DNA of 62,608 bases, filler included, from Choristocarpus tenellus KU-1152 (GCA_964200185.2; 9 parts of 9 records of this genome joined end to end with filler, not necessarily neighbours in it); one strand, 5' to 3'; counted from the whole stretch's first letter, positions 1 to 22,750 are shown. Numbers and translations are program-made. Notes: generated by a model not told the origin, from the letters alone.

Positions 1-881
1 GGGGGGGTTGGACGGGTTAGGGTTACAAAATTTAAATATGCATTCAAATATTATGTACACAGAGGAGGAAGTTGTTAGCAGTTCACTTAACAAAAAAAAG
101 CTGACAATATAGGAAAAAAAATATGGTGTATCTGTGCTCATACAATAAACACTTTGAGAGCTCTAAAATAAAATGAAAAAAAGTACAACTATAATATTAA
201 TAATAATAATAACAATAGCAAGTATATCATCGATGACTACTCTGAGAAGGGACATGCACACACACACACCACCCAATCAAACTGATGCAAAACATTCAAT
301 TAATAAACGCAAGAATAATAATAATAATAATAATAATAATGATAGTAGTACCACCCCCCACACTATCTCTCTCACTCATACACCCACACACATTCACACC
401 CCTTCAAATCAGGTACGAAACTTCTCTTCCAATAAGCCTTCAAAAGGGCTACTATGTTGATGCAAAGATACCCCAGACCAGACGTACATACCAGAGTTCT
501 ACATACAAAAAAAACATATATATATATATATATATATATCATAAACCTATCCCTTACCCTAATCAGGACCCCAACTATACATAAACCTAGAGAGAAAGAT
601 ACCCCTTCCAAAACAATCCTAACCCCAACCCCAACCTTAAAACCCCCCCTCCAAAAAAAAATCCATACAAAGATAATCATATACATACATACATACATAC
701 CAACGTACACGTAAAAAAAACAAAAACATTTTAAACACGAGACCCAAATCAACCCCATAAAAAAAAACATCACCCCCCAAAAATGTTTAACACGTAAACT
801 TCAGCAGTAAATAGATTTCAAATATCCTCTCATCTGTTTTCATTTTTTTATTTTTTGAAAAAAAAACAACTGTTCTCTCAC

Positions 882-1873
882 CTCAACGATGTCAGCAACC
901 CGTGACCCAGCGGACACAAACGCCTCCCTCAGATCCTGCACTGCCACAGTCCCATCCTTAGGCAGATTACCCACAAAGAGGTTGGTATTGCTGGGATCTG
1001 GGGGGGAAGAGTCTCCGCCAGTGAAAGACCCGTAACGGCCACTCCTGTCATCGCCGGGGCGCTGTCGCATCTGAAAAAACATAAATCGAAAAATCAATAG
1101 ATCAAAAAATAATAAAACATGAATAAAAAATAATATCAACAATAAATAATAAAAAAATGAGTAAAATATAATAATAAATAATAAATAATGAATAAAATAT
1201 AAAAATAATAAATAATAATAAATTGAATATAATATAATAACAATTCAATAAAACATAATAATAAATAAATAATAAAAAAATGAACAAAATTTATTCGATG
1301 CAATTCATAAAAATACACACATGCGCTGAAGAGTAGTAACACAACACAAAACACACATGACGGTCAGTGCTTCCCGCTGATACCGACAACGACAACGGAA
1401 ATAGGTAACAAAAATAAAAATGACATAAAATAAAAAAATAAAATAATTGTGCTATGCCAAAAATCCACGCAAAAAAATAGTTAAAATTTTACTCTTTTTT
1501 TTTTTAATTGAAAGGACCTACAACCTTTTCCCATCAAAATCCTCATTACAACAAGGGATGAGAACAATTACAAATCAACTGGGAATGACAATCATGACAA
1601 TAAATCAACTAGGAACGATAATCATGATAATAAATCAACTAGGAACAATAATCATGACAATAAATCAACTAGGAACAATAATCATGATAATAAATCAACT
1701 AGGAACAATAATCATGATAATAAATCAACTAGGAACAATAATCATGATAATAAATCAACTAGGAACAATAATCATGATAATTGCACCGTCAAATTAACAG
1801 GTAATTCAAAAACACTGACAGGGTTTTTTTCGTAGGAGAACATCCTTCAGCTAACAAAAAAAAAATCTCTCTT

Positions 1874-1911
<38 letters not shown>

Positions 1912-2500
1912 TTACGTTCTACCAACATAAAAGTATATATATATATCAATATGATACTCCATACCAACTTCCGCTTCTTCTCCTCCACACCACTGCTAAA
2001 ATCATCAAACCTCTGATGTACAGAACAACACCGGAGCACAGAACAGGCAATGAACAAACACCTACTTGCACAACAACAAAAAACTGTACCATAATAATAA
2101 TATTAATATTAATATTTTATTATTTGAAAGGAAAAAAAAGAAAAAAATCATTACGGAGTGTCTGTACTACCATACTACCACCATTTAACAATCAACAGTG
2201 TTTCATCAATTTCAAAGTTTCTCCACCAACAAGTCATCTCATCCATCTATATCTACCGATACATAATGCCCTTCCATCCATCCATCCATCCATCCATCCA
2301 TCCATCCACCCATCCAACCACCCACCTATCCACCAAGACACACACACACACAAGCATACATATGCGAAGCTTCAAAAGCGCTCATACATTTCATGTACCA
2401 CTTTCAGCTAATAATCCACACACTATGTAGAGCATTGACAGCACACACACACACAGAACTACACACACATACACATACATACATATATATATACACATAC

Positions 2501-2533
<33 letters not shown>

Positions 2534-2837
2534 TACACATACACACACATACACACATACACACATACACACATATACACATACACACATATACACATAT
2601 ACACACATACACATATACACATACACACACACATATACACATACACACATACACACATATACACATATACACATATACACACACATACAGGTCGCTCACC
2701 GCCTGCTGCTTGCCCCAGCTCAACCGCATCTGGTTCCCCCCCACATCAAAGCCCTCCATCGATGCAATGGCTCTCTTTGCATGGTCGTGTTTTTCAAACT
2801 CTACAAACCCGTAGGAGCTCATTGGCTGGATCCGAAC
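882..2837 (-). CDS. RRM-domain RNA-binding protein (TIA-1/UBP1/RBP45-like), partial; exons 2837-2700, 2012-1965, 1070-882
   Basis: Three phase-0 exons with CAG acceptors and GT donors. They encode [16 protein letters not shown]...[10 protein letters not shown] (RNP1 and RRM C-half), [16 protein letters not shown], and ...[12 protein letters not shown]...DLREAF...DIVE (RNP2 and RRM N-half). Flanking exons were not identified. Confidence 0.8.
1561..1780. repeat. 30-bp minisatellite (ATCATGATAATAAATCAACTAGGAACAATA) x ~7
   Basis: Near-perfect tandem copies visible directly; lies in an intron of the RRM gene. Confidence 0.95.
2270..2690. repeat. Microsatellites: (CCAT)n then (CA/TA)n
   Basis: Direct inspection. 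These repeats generate the spurious HT/VCVY ORFs. Confidence 0.95.
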
Positions 2838-3469
2838 CTGTGGGGGGGAAAACAAAACGTGTGAATAAAAAAAGAAATAAAAAAGAAAAGAAAAGAAATT
2901 CATTCGGAAGGAAGATTTGTAAGTAAACAATACGACTAAAAAAATATACATATCGTAGAAAAAATAAAAATTAATAATAACAATAATACTACTACTAACA
3001 ATAATATTATTCATAATATATTATATAATAGTAACATAAATATTATTCTTATTAGGGTTAGTATTGTCAGATGGAAATATACCAAAAAGTGAATTGCAGC
3101 AAGGCACTAGGATGAGATAGGACCCTTTCGGGGAGCCCCCCATCAAAATATCTGGGAAATCTCAATCATTCTTCACTCCCATGAAAAAAAATCGGGCAGT
3201 CAGCAAAACAAGTAGCAGAACAGTAGCAGCATGACCTACCTATTAAACCAGCGATGCAATAACCATATCCCTCTTTCTTTACATTCTACTATGATGCCAA
3301 TTGAGGGTAACTGACTCACAGACATAATTCTCGCACTAACGGCAATCACTACCATACATAGAATCATAGGTACACACATAATTTCATGCAGTATTTTTTT
3401 TTTTAATTTCCACTTGAGTCTGGGGACTGCCCCAACCAGTAGTCAAAGGCACCATACTACCAACACCAG

Positions 3470-3493
3470 CACTATTACTACTACTACTACTAT

Positions 3494-3534
<41 letters not shown>

Positions 3535-3601
3535 TTACTATTACTATTACTACTATTACAACTACTACTATTACTACTACTACTATTACTACTACTATTA
3601 C
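3470..3601. repeat. (ACT/ATT)n trinucleotide microsatellite at contig end
   Basis: Direct inspection. Confidence 0.95.
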
Positions 3602-3701
3602 NNNNNNNNNNNNNNNNNNNNNNNNNNNNNNNNNNNNNNNNNNNNTTAATTAATTAANNNNNNNNNNNNNNNNNNNNNNNNNNNNNNNNNNNNNNNNNNN
3701 N
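3602..3701. other. Artificial contig-joining spacer N44-TTAATTAATTAA-N44; also at 27653-27752, 33070-33169, 38943-39042, 41949-42048, 44724-44823, 48345-48444, 56139-56238
   Basis: The same 100-bp spacer, with stops in all six frames, occurs eight times. Confidence 0.98.
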
Positions 3702-4047
3702 GGGGAGGGCTCTCTGAAACCTCCGATGCATACGCATGTCACCTATTGATACCCTGTTGCCCTATAGAGCCGAAGCCCTCAATATACCTTGAAGGTTGGA
3801 TTGTCTCTTGACACCTAGATCAGACCCAGCCCAAACCCTGAGCCCTCAGAAGTGTGTGGCCCAATCATACGCATCCCACACGAGATGAAGATGAAATACC
3901 CTGGCAACAGCTGTCGGTGTGCAAGCATGTCACTTTTTGGCGCTTGCTTTACCGGTTGGTTTCTCTGCGATATTATCACTCTCACCCCTCCCCCTTCGCC
4001 CCCACCTCCACCTCCACCTCCACCTCCACCTCCCCCCGAAAATATAG

Positions 4048-13355
<9,308 letters not shown>

Positions 13356-15086
13356 ACCACTGAACAGGCAGGTCATACACAGCTGGAACATGCAGCATCC
13401 TTAGATTCTGAAGATCCATCTCCCGACTGACTGCCGTTGATGTATCTACAAGAACCGCGTCGCAGTCTCCATCGTAGATTACGCAGATCATTGTATGACT
13501 GTTCTTTGCTCCTTCACCTTTGCAGTCTTTTGTGACTGGTTTTAGGCACAAGATAGGTAATCTTTTTATTAATTTTTGTGTTGAGGGGTTTGTCGGATGT
13601 TGCCATGCCGTGTGCAAGACATGTTGGTATTCATGAGTAAAAGAACAGGGTAAGCTCCACCTCTATGGGCATATCTTGAAGGTGCCTTGACATGTCACCC
13701 GCAGTTGACATTTTTTATTATGTTGTTGCTCATTTTGTCCTCTCTTGCTGGGAAGGAGAAGGGTCATAGTCACATGAATCACACACACACACACACACTC
13801 ATAATCTATAGTTGGGTCTGTTATTTTTCAGATTGGCGAAGAAGAGGATGTATAGATCCAATCGTGCTTGGCTGGCTGCCTTGGAGGTTGCCTACCTGTG
13901 ATTGAATAAGTGCAATGGTCCTTGTGTTGTATCCTTACATTTGTTGTAAGTTTGTATAGAATCTCCGTCATACTCAGTAGTAGCATGATATCAAGTTGGA
14001 AGTACCCGTGGCCCCTAATAATCTGTCCAATGTCTGGGCTATACCAACAATCTCTTTTTTGGTTTGGAATAGCTAATTTTTGTGTTGAGAATGTGTAAGT
14101 CAAAACATTAAAAAAGACAACAGTAAAAAAAGATCCCTGAAAATCTGCCTTTAACGGGTGGTTTGCAGACCCATTCCTACACCCATCAATCAGTACAACC
14201 TAAGTCCATCTTTGAGACAGGGTCTTTTCCTGAATATATATGATAGATACAAAGGGGCAAGTGCCTCCCCAATGTGTTTGGTTGGATGCTAGCTTTCTAG
14301 TGCTCATCATGACGTGTAGACGAGCGTCCTTCCACTGACTGCCCATCTTCTTTGTCTGCTTGTTAGTAGACGGGGTTTCATCCCTTGATCCCCACACCTT
14401 GTTGAAAAGGTCGTGTGATGTGCTTAGCCGGTAACACAATCTATGTATCCCCTGGTATGTAGCAAGATAATTACCTCCTTAGGGAATCGTGGGAGTAAGG
14501 AGACAAACAAATTGCTACGAATGAAGGACATACTACTTGTGGTAGTGTGTTCCGTCAATTGTATGCATCTATTCCCTCCATTTTTATCGAAGGTCACATA
14601 CCAGCCCTTACTCTCTGAGGTTTGCATAGTGCACTCAACATCATCAGACCTCATCCTTGAATATATACTTGTATCTCTCTCCTCATCTGCCTGTTGAGTT
14701 GAGATCCTTGTCCAGGTCCAAGGTATCACACTATGTGTACCTTGGCAGTCGTAAACTTATTATCCTCCCCTCACCACACTATACGCATCCCTTCTAATCT
14801 TTTTCGTGCAGTAATAAGGTGCACTTGACATATCCATCCATTCTCTCTCTCAAACACTTTTCAAACAGGAACACCCACCTCCAACGATTTGCATGATAAG
14901 ATGTATGCATACCATCATTGCCTTTTCTGTGCTGCCACTCACATTATCGATTTGAATCCTAGAGACTGTTTCACAGTAGTGTCAGCCTAGAGATACGCTG
15001 ATGTACTCCATAGTACATAGTAGTAAGAGATTTTTAGGAGATTCAGAACATCTCAAATGGGACCTGCAAACATACAACATACGAAA

Positions 15087-16815
15087 TACAGGGGTTGAAC
15101 CAATATAAGAGTGGGTAGGGGCAACCCCAAAACCCGTCTCTTATATCTCGATCCTCTCTTATTGTAAATAAGAGCGCTTTTCTTTTAAACCGAGGGATCA
15201 TGATAAGAGGAACCTATTATATATCGACCAAAAGTGGTCCTAACCTCTTTATACTTGTACCTGAGCGATGACAGAGCGACGACCTTGCTGTATGTCCTTC
15301 CCGTGTGCCTTCAAGAGTAGTTACATGTAGATATGTATTGAACATTGCCCTCAGTGAGCCCATTTTGATGGAGCTGTGGTGATGCAGCAAGCACCACATC
15401 TACATCACCCCTCCACAGTATACCAATGTCACATGTATACAGTACTGCAACTTGCGTAAAATTACACTCATTACGATGTATTCACTCGTATGTATAGTAC
15501 ACCTTCCCAAGAAAAGCATCCGGAAATCGTTGGATGGCTGGACAGACGACTCTCCCAGTTCAAAACAAATCAACCTTCAAAGCCAATCTCCTTCCAATGC
15601 CCCGCCCTACGTATTCATTTGCACTCTACAAGGATATTATACAGTACAGTATCAAAAACACCACTGTGGATCAAATGTAGCTGCACCACCATGCACCTCC
15701 ATCGCACGCACTGAGTAAAACTTGTATTTGCTGATAAAAAAATCGCGATTGCCAAAAAAATCTGGAATGTCCGCTTGTTTGATTGCCCTTGGTCCGATTG
15801 CGCTGAGCCAAGCCCGCTTTGCTCTCCGGAGATGATAAGGAGCACCGTTAATGCTGCACTCTTCGACGGTTGTTTCTGAGCTCGTGAACTCGTCACCTAC
15901 TTGAGAGTACGACGGTGGAGGAATCGAGAACACCGAAGAGGCTGCTCCTTTCCTCACGGCCCCGATGCGCTGCGCCCTCCCATAAACCCATCATCATCCT
16001 CGTCACCCGAGCTTTCATTGCCTGACTGGTACAAGGATTCCTCGAGGAGCTGGTCTTTCATGTCCTCTAGTATCGCTTTGGAGAAATCCTCATCAACATG
16101 GCCCATCATCGTGCCGACACTCAAGCGCTGCATGATGTGCATCAGCTCATCGGTGTGCTCAACAGAGTTGTCAGTGCTGGAGGTGAACTTGTTCGAGGTA
16201 AAAGTAGTTTTGCCAAACTTTGAGGTCAGCTCCGCTTGGAAGGGGACAGGAAGGATGTTGACCTTTCTTGTTATTGTGGCGCTTCGACGCCGTGTTTTCA
16301 CCGACTGGAGGACTCGAAGCCTTGCGCTTGGTGGGGATCACGCATAATTTTCACACGTGTTTCATTTCGCTGGCGCCAAAAGGATCCACGATGCCGCAAA
16401 TACCAAGAAGATAGCCCCTACAAACGCGACACTTACGATACGTACAGTGTGGCGAACCAGTATGTTGCAGCCGGATCCCGCTGCGTAGGGCATCGTTAAA
16501 TGTGTACATTACAGTCGTCTAAACTTGATGTGATATACTGTATGCACTGTGCTGTGCAGTTCTGAAAGACAAAAGACTACTATGTTGTATAAGTTGGTCT
16601 CGACCAGCTTTGTGCCTTTGCTGGATTTTGCTTAACTTCAGGGCTTTTTGTGAACCCTGAGTGAAGTAATGAAAAAAAATGGAAGTTTGCTCAATATAAG
16701 AGAGAATTAACACGAAAACCCCGAAACCTCTCTTATATTACAACTTGAAAAGTTGTGATAAGGCAATTTATCCTCTCTTATATCCCGTTTCTCTTATATC
16801 AACCTCTCTTATATA
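15087..16815 (-). mobile_element. Degenerate pogo/Tigger-like DNA transposon
   Basis: Starts TA-CAGGGG. ATATAAGAG/CTCTTATAT motifs repeat at both ends. Minus-strand ORF remnants (16301-15954, 15957-15652) show an acidic tract and then ...RRAKRAWL...KQADIPDFF, typical of pogo transposase C-termini. No DDE core seen and the right TIR is not resolved. Confidence 0.55.
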
Positions 16816-17531
16816 TTTACACTTTCTATACTATTGATTTTATAAGATTCTGTTCTGTATTTATTTGTCAACATGTACTTTATTATTGAATGGGATGTAT
16901 GAATGTGGGGGTACAACCACTCCATAATGAGGGGAAAGGAGTGAGATCGATAGAAAAAGTATCAATAAGAAGAAGAGAGGGAGGTGAAATGAGACGAGTG
17001 GTCAACGTAACCTCAACATATAAAAGGTACTACATCAACAATATACCCCTCACAAGTTCAAACAGAAAGGAAACAGAGTAGATCCAACCAATGAGAGTCA
17101 TTCATGACCACCTCAATGAAATAAGAACAGGTCTTGAGAGTATGAAAAAAGAGACTCTTCTCACTCAAGAGGGTCTTAGAGAGAGACAAAGAGTCCATAG
17201 GAATTCTCACCTCACAGTTACTCCATAATAAGCTAGGAAAGATCCTTCATGAAACTCTTCATCTTAACGGAGAACCTTAATCTGAGATATGCCACCGGAG
17301 GTGTCATTCAGACCTGGTGTTTATGATGAACTATAGTAGTAGTCACACTACGTAGATTGATGTATGAGTAGTATGATGTTGTCATTCTCTTGAAAGGTTT
17401 TTTTGGGGAAGGCATTTTCATTGTTGATGAGGAGAGGATCAACCACAATGCGATGTCGATACGCTAGGGTTCTCCTGGAATCTACTGTGTAACCCTACCA
17501 AGGAGAGGAGAAGGAGGAAGTGGTGGCCAAG

Positions 17532-20500
17532 ATGGTAGCCAGGGAAGTGAAGTTGATCATTGCAGTGGCAGGGATTTGGAGCTCGTTCTTGTACTGGGGA
17601 TACTTACAAGAGAAAATCACCAGTGTTGTGTACGTGTCACCAACTGATCAACATACCACTGGAAAGTGGCAATTCTCTTTCGTCCTTAATGGTGAGGAAT
17701 AAGATGCTGGATGATCATGATCACTGTTTGTCGCAATATCAATTTACGCACCATAAACTCTCGCATTCGACTTCCCCGCCGAAAGGTAACGTTTGTTCAT
17801 GCAATACCTGGTTGCACCATCAATAGTTCGAATATTGTGTAGTCCCCCTATCACCCCAATGCTTAATCCTACCTTAACCCCCCCTCCTTTCGGATCCACT
17901 AGCGTGTATGGCACTGGCTGCAGCCTTGACAGGCTTGGTGATGCTGCAAGTGACTGGACAAACAAAAGGCAACCCCTCCCTTAAAGAATTTTGGCGACCA
18001 GCCATGTCTTGCACTCTGGCGTCGCCCTTGGGATGTGAGCTTGTAGCGCGTTGGTCACATGTTTTCTGAGTGCAGAGATTTTAAAGGGTACAGATTCCCC
18101 CTTGCTGTTGTCGTTTTGGTCACCTCATCATTGATGGCCGTCAGGACCTTGAACACGGTGGTCCGTCCTTGATGGCGGTTACTGCTCGAACCTGTCATTA
18201 TCTTGATCAAGACACCCTTGGCGCCCGGCAGCTGGAGACCTCTGGATATCCCAGCTAGTTTATGAAATTAACGGCGATTGCCCTCCAACATTGCTTTACC
18301 CTTGTTTCAAATTTTGTTTTACAATAGGAGCCCTGTAAATGATTTGTAAGTATATATACATTTGTTCAGGATTTGGAAACTGCTTACTTCAACAAGCCAA
18401 GAATATTTAAGTTACATTCTCACCTTGACTGTCATTTGTCCGGCTTATGGATAGGAGTTGCTTCAATCATTGTCGCACACCTGGAATAACTTGAATATCC
18501 ATCTGGCTCATTTGGTAGTCTTACCTTCAATCCTCCAACTTCACAGACACATCTCTCAAGTACATTAACTACCCTCTGCTACTGCTGGCCAAGAGCTGCA
18601 AATTAGTACCTGTAATGCTGGTGAGATTGTGCATTGAACTTGGAGCGATGCATGTACTGTGAAGTTTTGCTTCTCTTTTTTTAGTTTACATGTTTGTATA
18701 CCTCAGGGTGCGCATCCGTAATGGCGGTGAAAGCATCTGTAAGGACCTGTACAGGCAAATTGTGATTAACTTTCGGATCCCCCCTCAAAATGGATGACAA
18801 GGGGAACACGTTTCTTTTTGTCACAAGACTGTTCAATTTACTTGCAAGGGAACACTTCCTTAGTTTTTTCTGTTGGAGTGAGGGAGACAAGGTCGCATAG
18901 CAGAGGAGGGTTGAAACTGCCCGGTAAGGATGGACCAAGAATGAGATGGTTCGTGTTGAGATGTGTACCGTGTGATGTTGAATATTATTTCTTCAGTGAA
19001 GTGATACGCTACAAATTTACTGCATCAATTTGTGGGTAAGGGGGCCTCAATTTGTGAGACTTAAATATCCTATGGAGGCAGAGCATCTCCATCCACCACA
19101 TGACGAGCACCTAACCTTGAGGGGAGAGGCTTGCTGGGCATAGAAGATCGTGCTTATCAGCTAAGACGTCCTTTTCACACACCCGGTGCATTTGGGATTT
19201 TTAGTTTTAAGGTTGGACTTGGGATTGGGCATGAGTTGTAGGTTGCAATACACCACAGCAAGTAGATGTCAGATGAAATTGTGGTGGCATAGTCTCTTCG
19301 GTGTGGTTGATGAAGGATCGATGAAGAAGACGAAAGGGTGGGTATGCATACTTTTTCATTGAGCAGAAAAATCATGCTGCCGAGGTGGAGAGTTCTCTCC
19401 CCTCGCACTGTCTTTCAATTTTGATGTGATGAGAGAACCAGGGCTGAGCAGACTGAGCCCAACAAAGATTGAGATACTGGAAGCAAGTGCTTGTTTATTT
19501 AGCTGAAGGAATCTGGAAAGATTCCCGTTTTGTGATTTGTACTGGTAGACCTTTATGTAATGTAATCTTAGGAACTGAATCCCTAGCCCACAAAATATCC
19601 ATCTCTCCTGTTGCTGACCATCCCTCTCCTCCTTGATGAATTGGACTTGATTGGCTTCAGATGGGGGTGATCATGCTTGGGAGGAGACATACTCGTGCTG
19701 AGTATTTGAGTGTCTTCCTCATCACCATTGGGGTAGCTCTGTTCTCTGTCAAAAGGGGAAGCCTGAAGGAGGCATTTGGTGGGGGGGAAGGGGATGGGGA
19801 GAACAAGCTGATCGGACTAGTATTGGTAAATTGGGGTGTGGGGGTGGGGAGGTGGGGGGAGGGTGGGGAGTGCATAGTATTTTAAGGGTGGTGAATGTGT
19901 AAGATCTGGTTGATTTTGCTGCTGCTATTACTTTTGTTTTTGTGCTCATGTTCTGTACCTGAGGGTAGGTACAATACTGTAAGAATGAATTCTCCATGCT
20001 ACTTGAATAGGGCACATACTTGAAAGTGGAATGTAGGTTTAGGGTTAAGTTTCTCATATTGCAAAGCTTGTCCAGATTGCCGTATATGATGGACTTGACA
20101 CATATGTTGTGCATGCGTGTTTGTGCGTGTTTGTGATGCTTCTTTTTTCTTTAGCTCTTGAAGTAAAGTGGAGTTGTAGGGAAAGTGGCATGTTTCCAGC
20201 TCCTCAGTTTATCAAGGTGTATCTTGTTTGTGTTTTTTCTACTAGCAATGGCAGCAGCAGTGGCAGCAGAAATACGCACTGTTTTTTTTTGGGACAACAT
20301 GGAATAGGTTGTACCGTAAGCTTTCAATGCCCATGCACATACCTACCACACATAAACCTTAACCCTAATCCTCATCATCGAATGAAATGACCTAAATAAT
20401 GTTTTCATTTTCTTCTTGCACTTGTTCATTCTAATGCTGTGGCAGCGTCTGCCTCACCTGAGTATTAATGTCCCTCACTTCGTCCCCTAGAACATTGACA

Positions 20501-22750
20501 CGGGTTGAAGAGCCACTTCGCTGCCTCTGCCCCCTCCCCTCTAATAACATCACGTGTACATCCAACCCCCTGTTATGGATAGGTCTTGGGAAACTTGATG
20601 TTGGATGGTGTCACAAACGCCGAGCAGGACAAGATAAACTCCAGTTTTAGCGTGCCAAGCTTCTACATGATGGCTGGCATCAATATTTGGATACTGACCT
20701 TCCATGTAGTCTACCTCGTGCTGGGTGCAGGGGTGTTCGGGGTTGACAGTGAACTTTATCGAGCCTGGGACTTTTGTTTAACGTTCCCTGAGGTGGGTAG
20801 GTCTACTCGGGAGTCTTTGAAAACACTGTACTGTTATCACTCGTAAGATATTGAAGACCTTGCTTTTGTTGAGTAGAGCTATGTTAATGCGTAGTACATA
20901 GCACTTCCAAGCGTGTACTTGCTTCTATGTCTTGGTGATGTGGGCAGGGGGAGGGTAGTCAGTTGATACTACTACTGCACTGGTTACTTTCAATGGCAAT
21001 AGTAAATACTTTTTCCGTTGTGTTGGGAACATGTTATCTTCTTGATCAAGTTTGAGGTTTGCTATCCTTGTTACACTACATGGTATAATGTACTGGTCGG
21101 TTCTTGTTGCACTTGTTGCCATTTTTTTTTTTTTGGGGGGGGGGGGGGTGACTGTTGTCAAGCATCATCATTAAAAANNNNNNNNNNTTGTATAATGTAT
21201 TGGTCGGTTTTTTTTTTCCTTTTTGCTATTTTTTTTTTTGGGGGGGGGGGAGGTGACTGTTGTCAAGCATCATCATTAAAAATTATATTTGGTGATGTGA
21301 CGATGATACTTCAAGAATAGATACTATTGTACTGCACTATGTCCTACCCCTGATATGTGTATTAGGTGCTGACTGATGAGCAAGAAGTAGGTCTACAGCG
21401 CTCACAGGTTGAACTTAAAAAAAAAAATAGAGATTAAGAATAATTGACGAGACGATTAGTTACTACCAATAGTTTTCATTATTATAATTGCTATTATTTC
21501 TGGAAGAACTGTTGAGGGAGAGAGTGACTGGACCTACACACTGCCTTCCTGCCGGACCTCATCTCCTCCTGTGTGTATGCCTCCTCCACACCAACCTCCA
21601 AATGCATGCATTCAAGGTGATCCAGAATGTGGTTGCTTTCTGCGGGTGTGCTGCAGTAGGACAGGTTTTTGTCTTCTACATCATCAAGGAATATGGCTCC
21701 TTAACCAATGTTACAGCGACCATCTCCAGAAAGTTCTTTAGGTGAGGGCACATGTGAGCACAACCATGTGGGATAATTTGTTCCCATTCCATGAGTGGTT
21801 TGGTTGGGACAGATGATGGGTGGGGATGGTCTCTTTACATTTATTGATAGTGGTAGGTTACATCAATGTGAGTGATGTGTGGGGGAGTGTCAACGTTAAA
21901 CTGTTAGCAACAAGCGAAAGGTATCCTTTTCATTATTTTTTTCTTATCAAGTGGTACGTAGTATCATGTTATTTTTTTATGATAGATGTCTTATCCACAA
22001 GGAGCTATCCCGAGACAATTGTGGTTACCAAAGAAGGGTTCGCATCATATGTACTAGCTATCGCGCTCGTTTTAGAGTTGCAAAGTGGAGCAGAGCTTAT
22101 TAAATACCTCAAGGACTGGGAGAGTTTGGGAGCATTGTTAGCTATTTTCAATACGTGTTTTATCTACGTGCAACTACTGTATACCATAACCCCCAAGAAT
22201 CCATGTCCCTGGGTGGGCCTGATAAACTGGGTGCGGTCATTATCATGTCCTGAATCGCAAGGCTGTGAGTTATGTGTGATAGTGTGGGTGGGAGACTGAT
22301 TTGTTGGTGAATTCATCGACTCTTCACATGTGTGCGCACAAAGCTATGCCAATGTTGTTTCAAGCCACGTTTTTCAATTTGAAACAGTACAGCTGAATTG
22401 CAATTCCCAGCTCTGTGTATGGTTGCTCCAGTGCTTATTTATGCCTGCATTGATTTTTCCCTTATTCTCATCTGACATTGTGCAATCAACCTCACGCACA
22501 CACACCATCCCGTTTTGTCCACCTCCTGACCATTCTGTTTGTGTTGATTCTTTCTCGCTACCTTAGTATTCTCGTATCAGTTGTAGTCTTTGGGCATGTG
22601 GTGGCATGGTGGCAATGGATTGGCGTCTTCTGTGTGTTCGGTGGTCTTTCAATGAGTGTTGCCCTCAAGTATAAGGCCAGCCAAGGAAAATGTACACGCA
22701 AGGGAGTCGAGCACAGCTCCAATGGTGTTGCAAAGCAGAAGGCACTGTGA
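17532..22750 (+). CDS. UAA-family nucleotide-sugar transporter (UDP-galactose transporter-related, SLC35B1/HUT1/UTr1-like), complete, 349 aa; exons 17532-17691, 17903-18034, 18547-18620, 19661-19825, 20583-20792, 21617-21741, 22567-22750
   Basis: Exons sum to 1050 nt in frame. Motifs: FLYWGYLQEKI, SLKYINYP..LAKSCKLVPVM, LDGVTNAEQD, GQVFVFYIIKEYGSL..T.SRKFFSIL. The C-terminal KQKAL is a KxKxx ER-retrieval signal. Confidence 0.93.
18680..19330 (-). mobile_element. Possible degenerate PIF/Harbinger transposase fragment in a transporter intron
   Basis: Frameshifted minus-strand remnants in Harbinger order: IY.LWCI..NSCP..LK.P, VVDG, L.HPY, LVTKRNVF. Recognised by eye only. Confidence 0.35.

Noticed and set aside
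1561-1780. CRISPR-like 30-bp repeats
   Set aside because: The repeats are head-to-tail with no spacers and no cas genes; this is a eukaryotic intronic minisatellite.
2393-2926. His/Thr-rich and Val/Cys/Tyr-rich ORFs
   Set aside because: They are translations of (CA/TA)n microsatellites.
15901-16347. 148-aa plus-strand ORF
   Set aside because: Antisense shadow of the transposase remnant.
21083-21285. ~95-bp direct duplication around an N10 gap
   Set aside because: Typical scaffolding overlap artefact at a homopolymer.
21820-22299. 159-aa hydrophobic ORF inside a transporter intron
   Set aside because: Non-ATG start and no motifs. The transporter model is complete and in frame without it.
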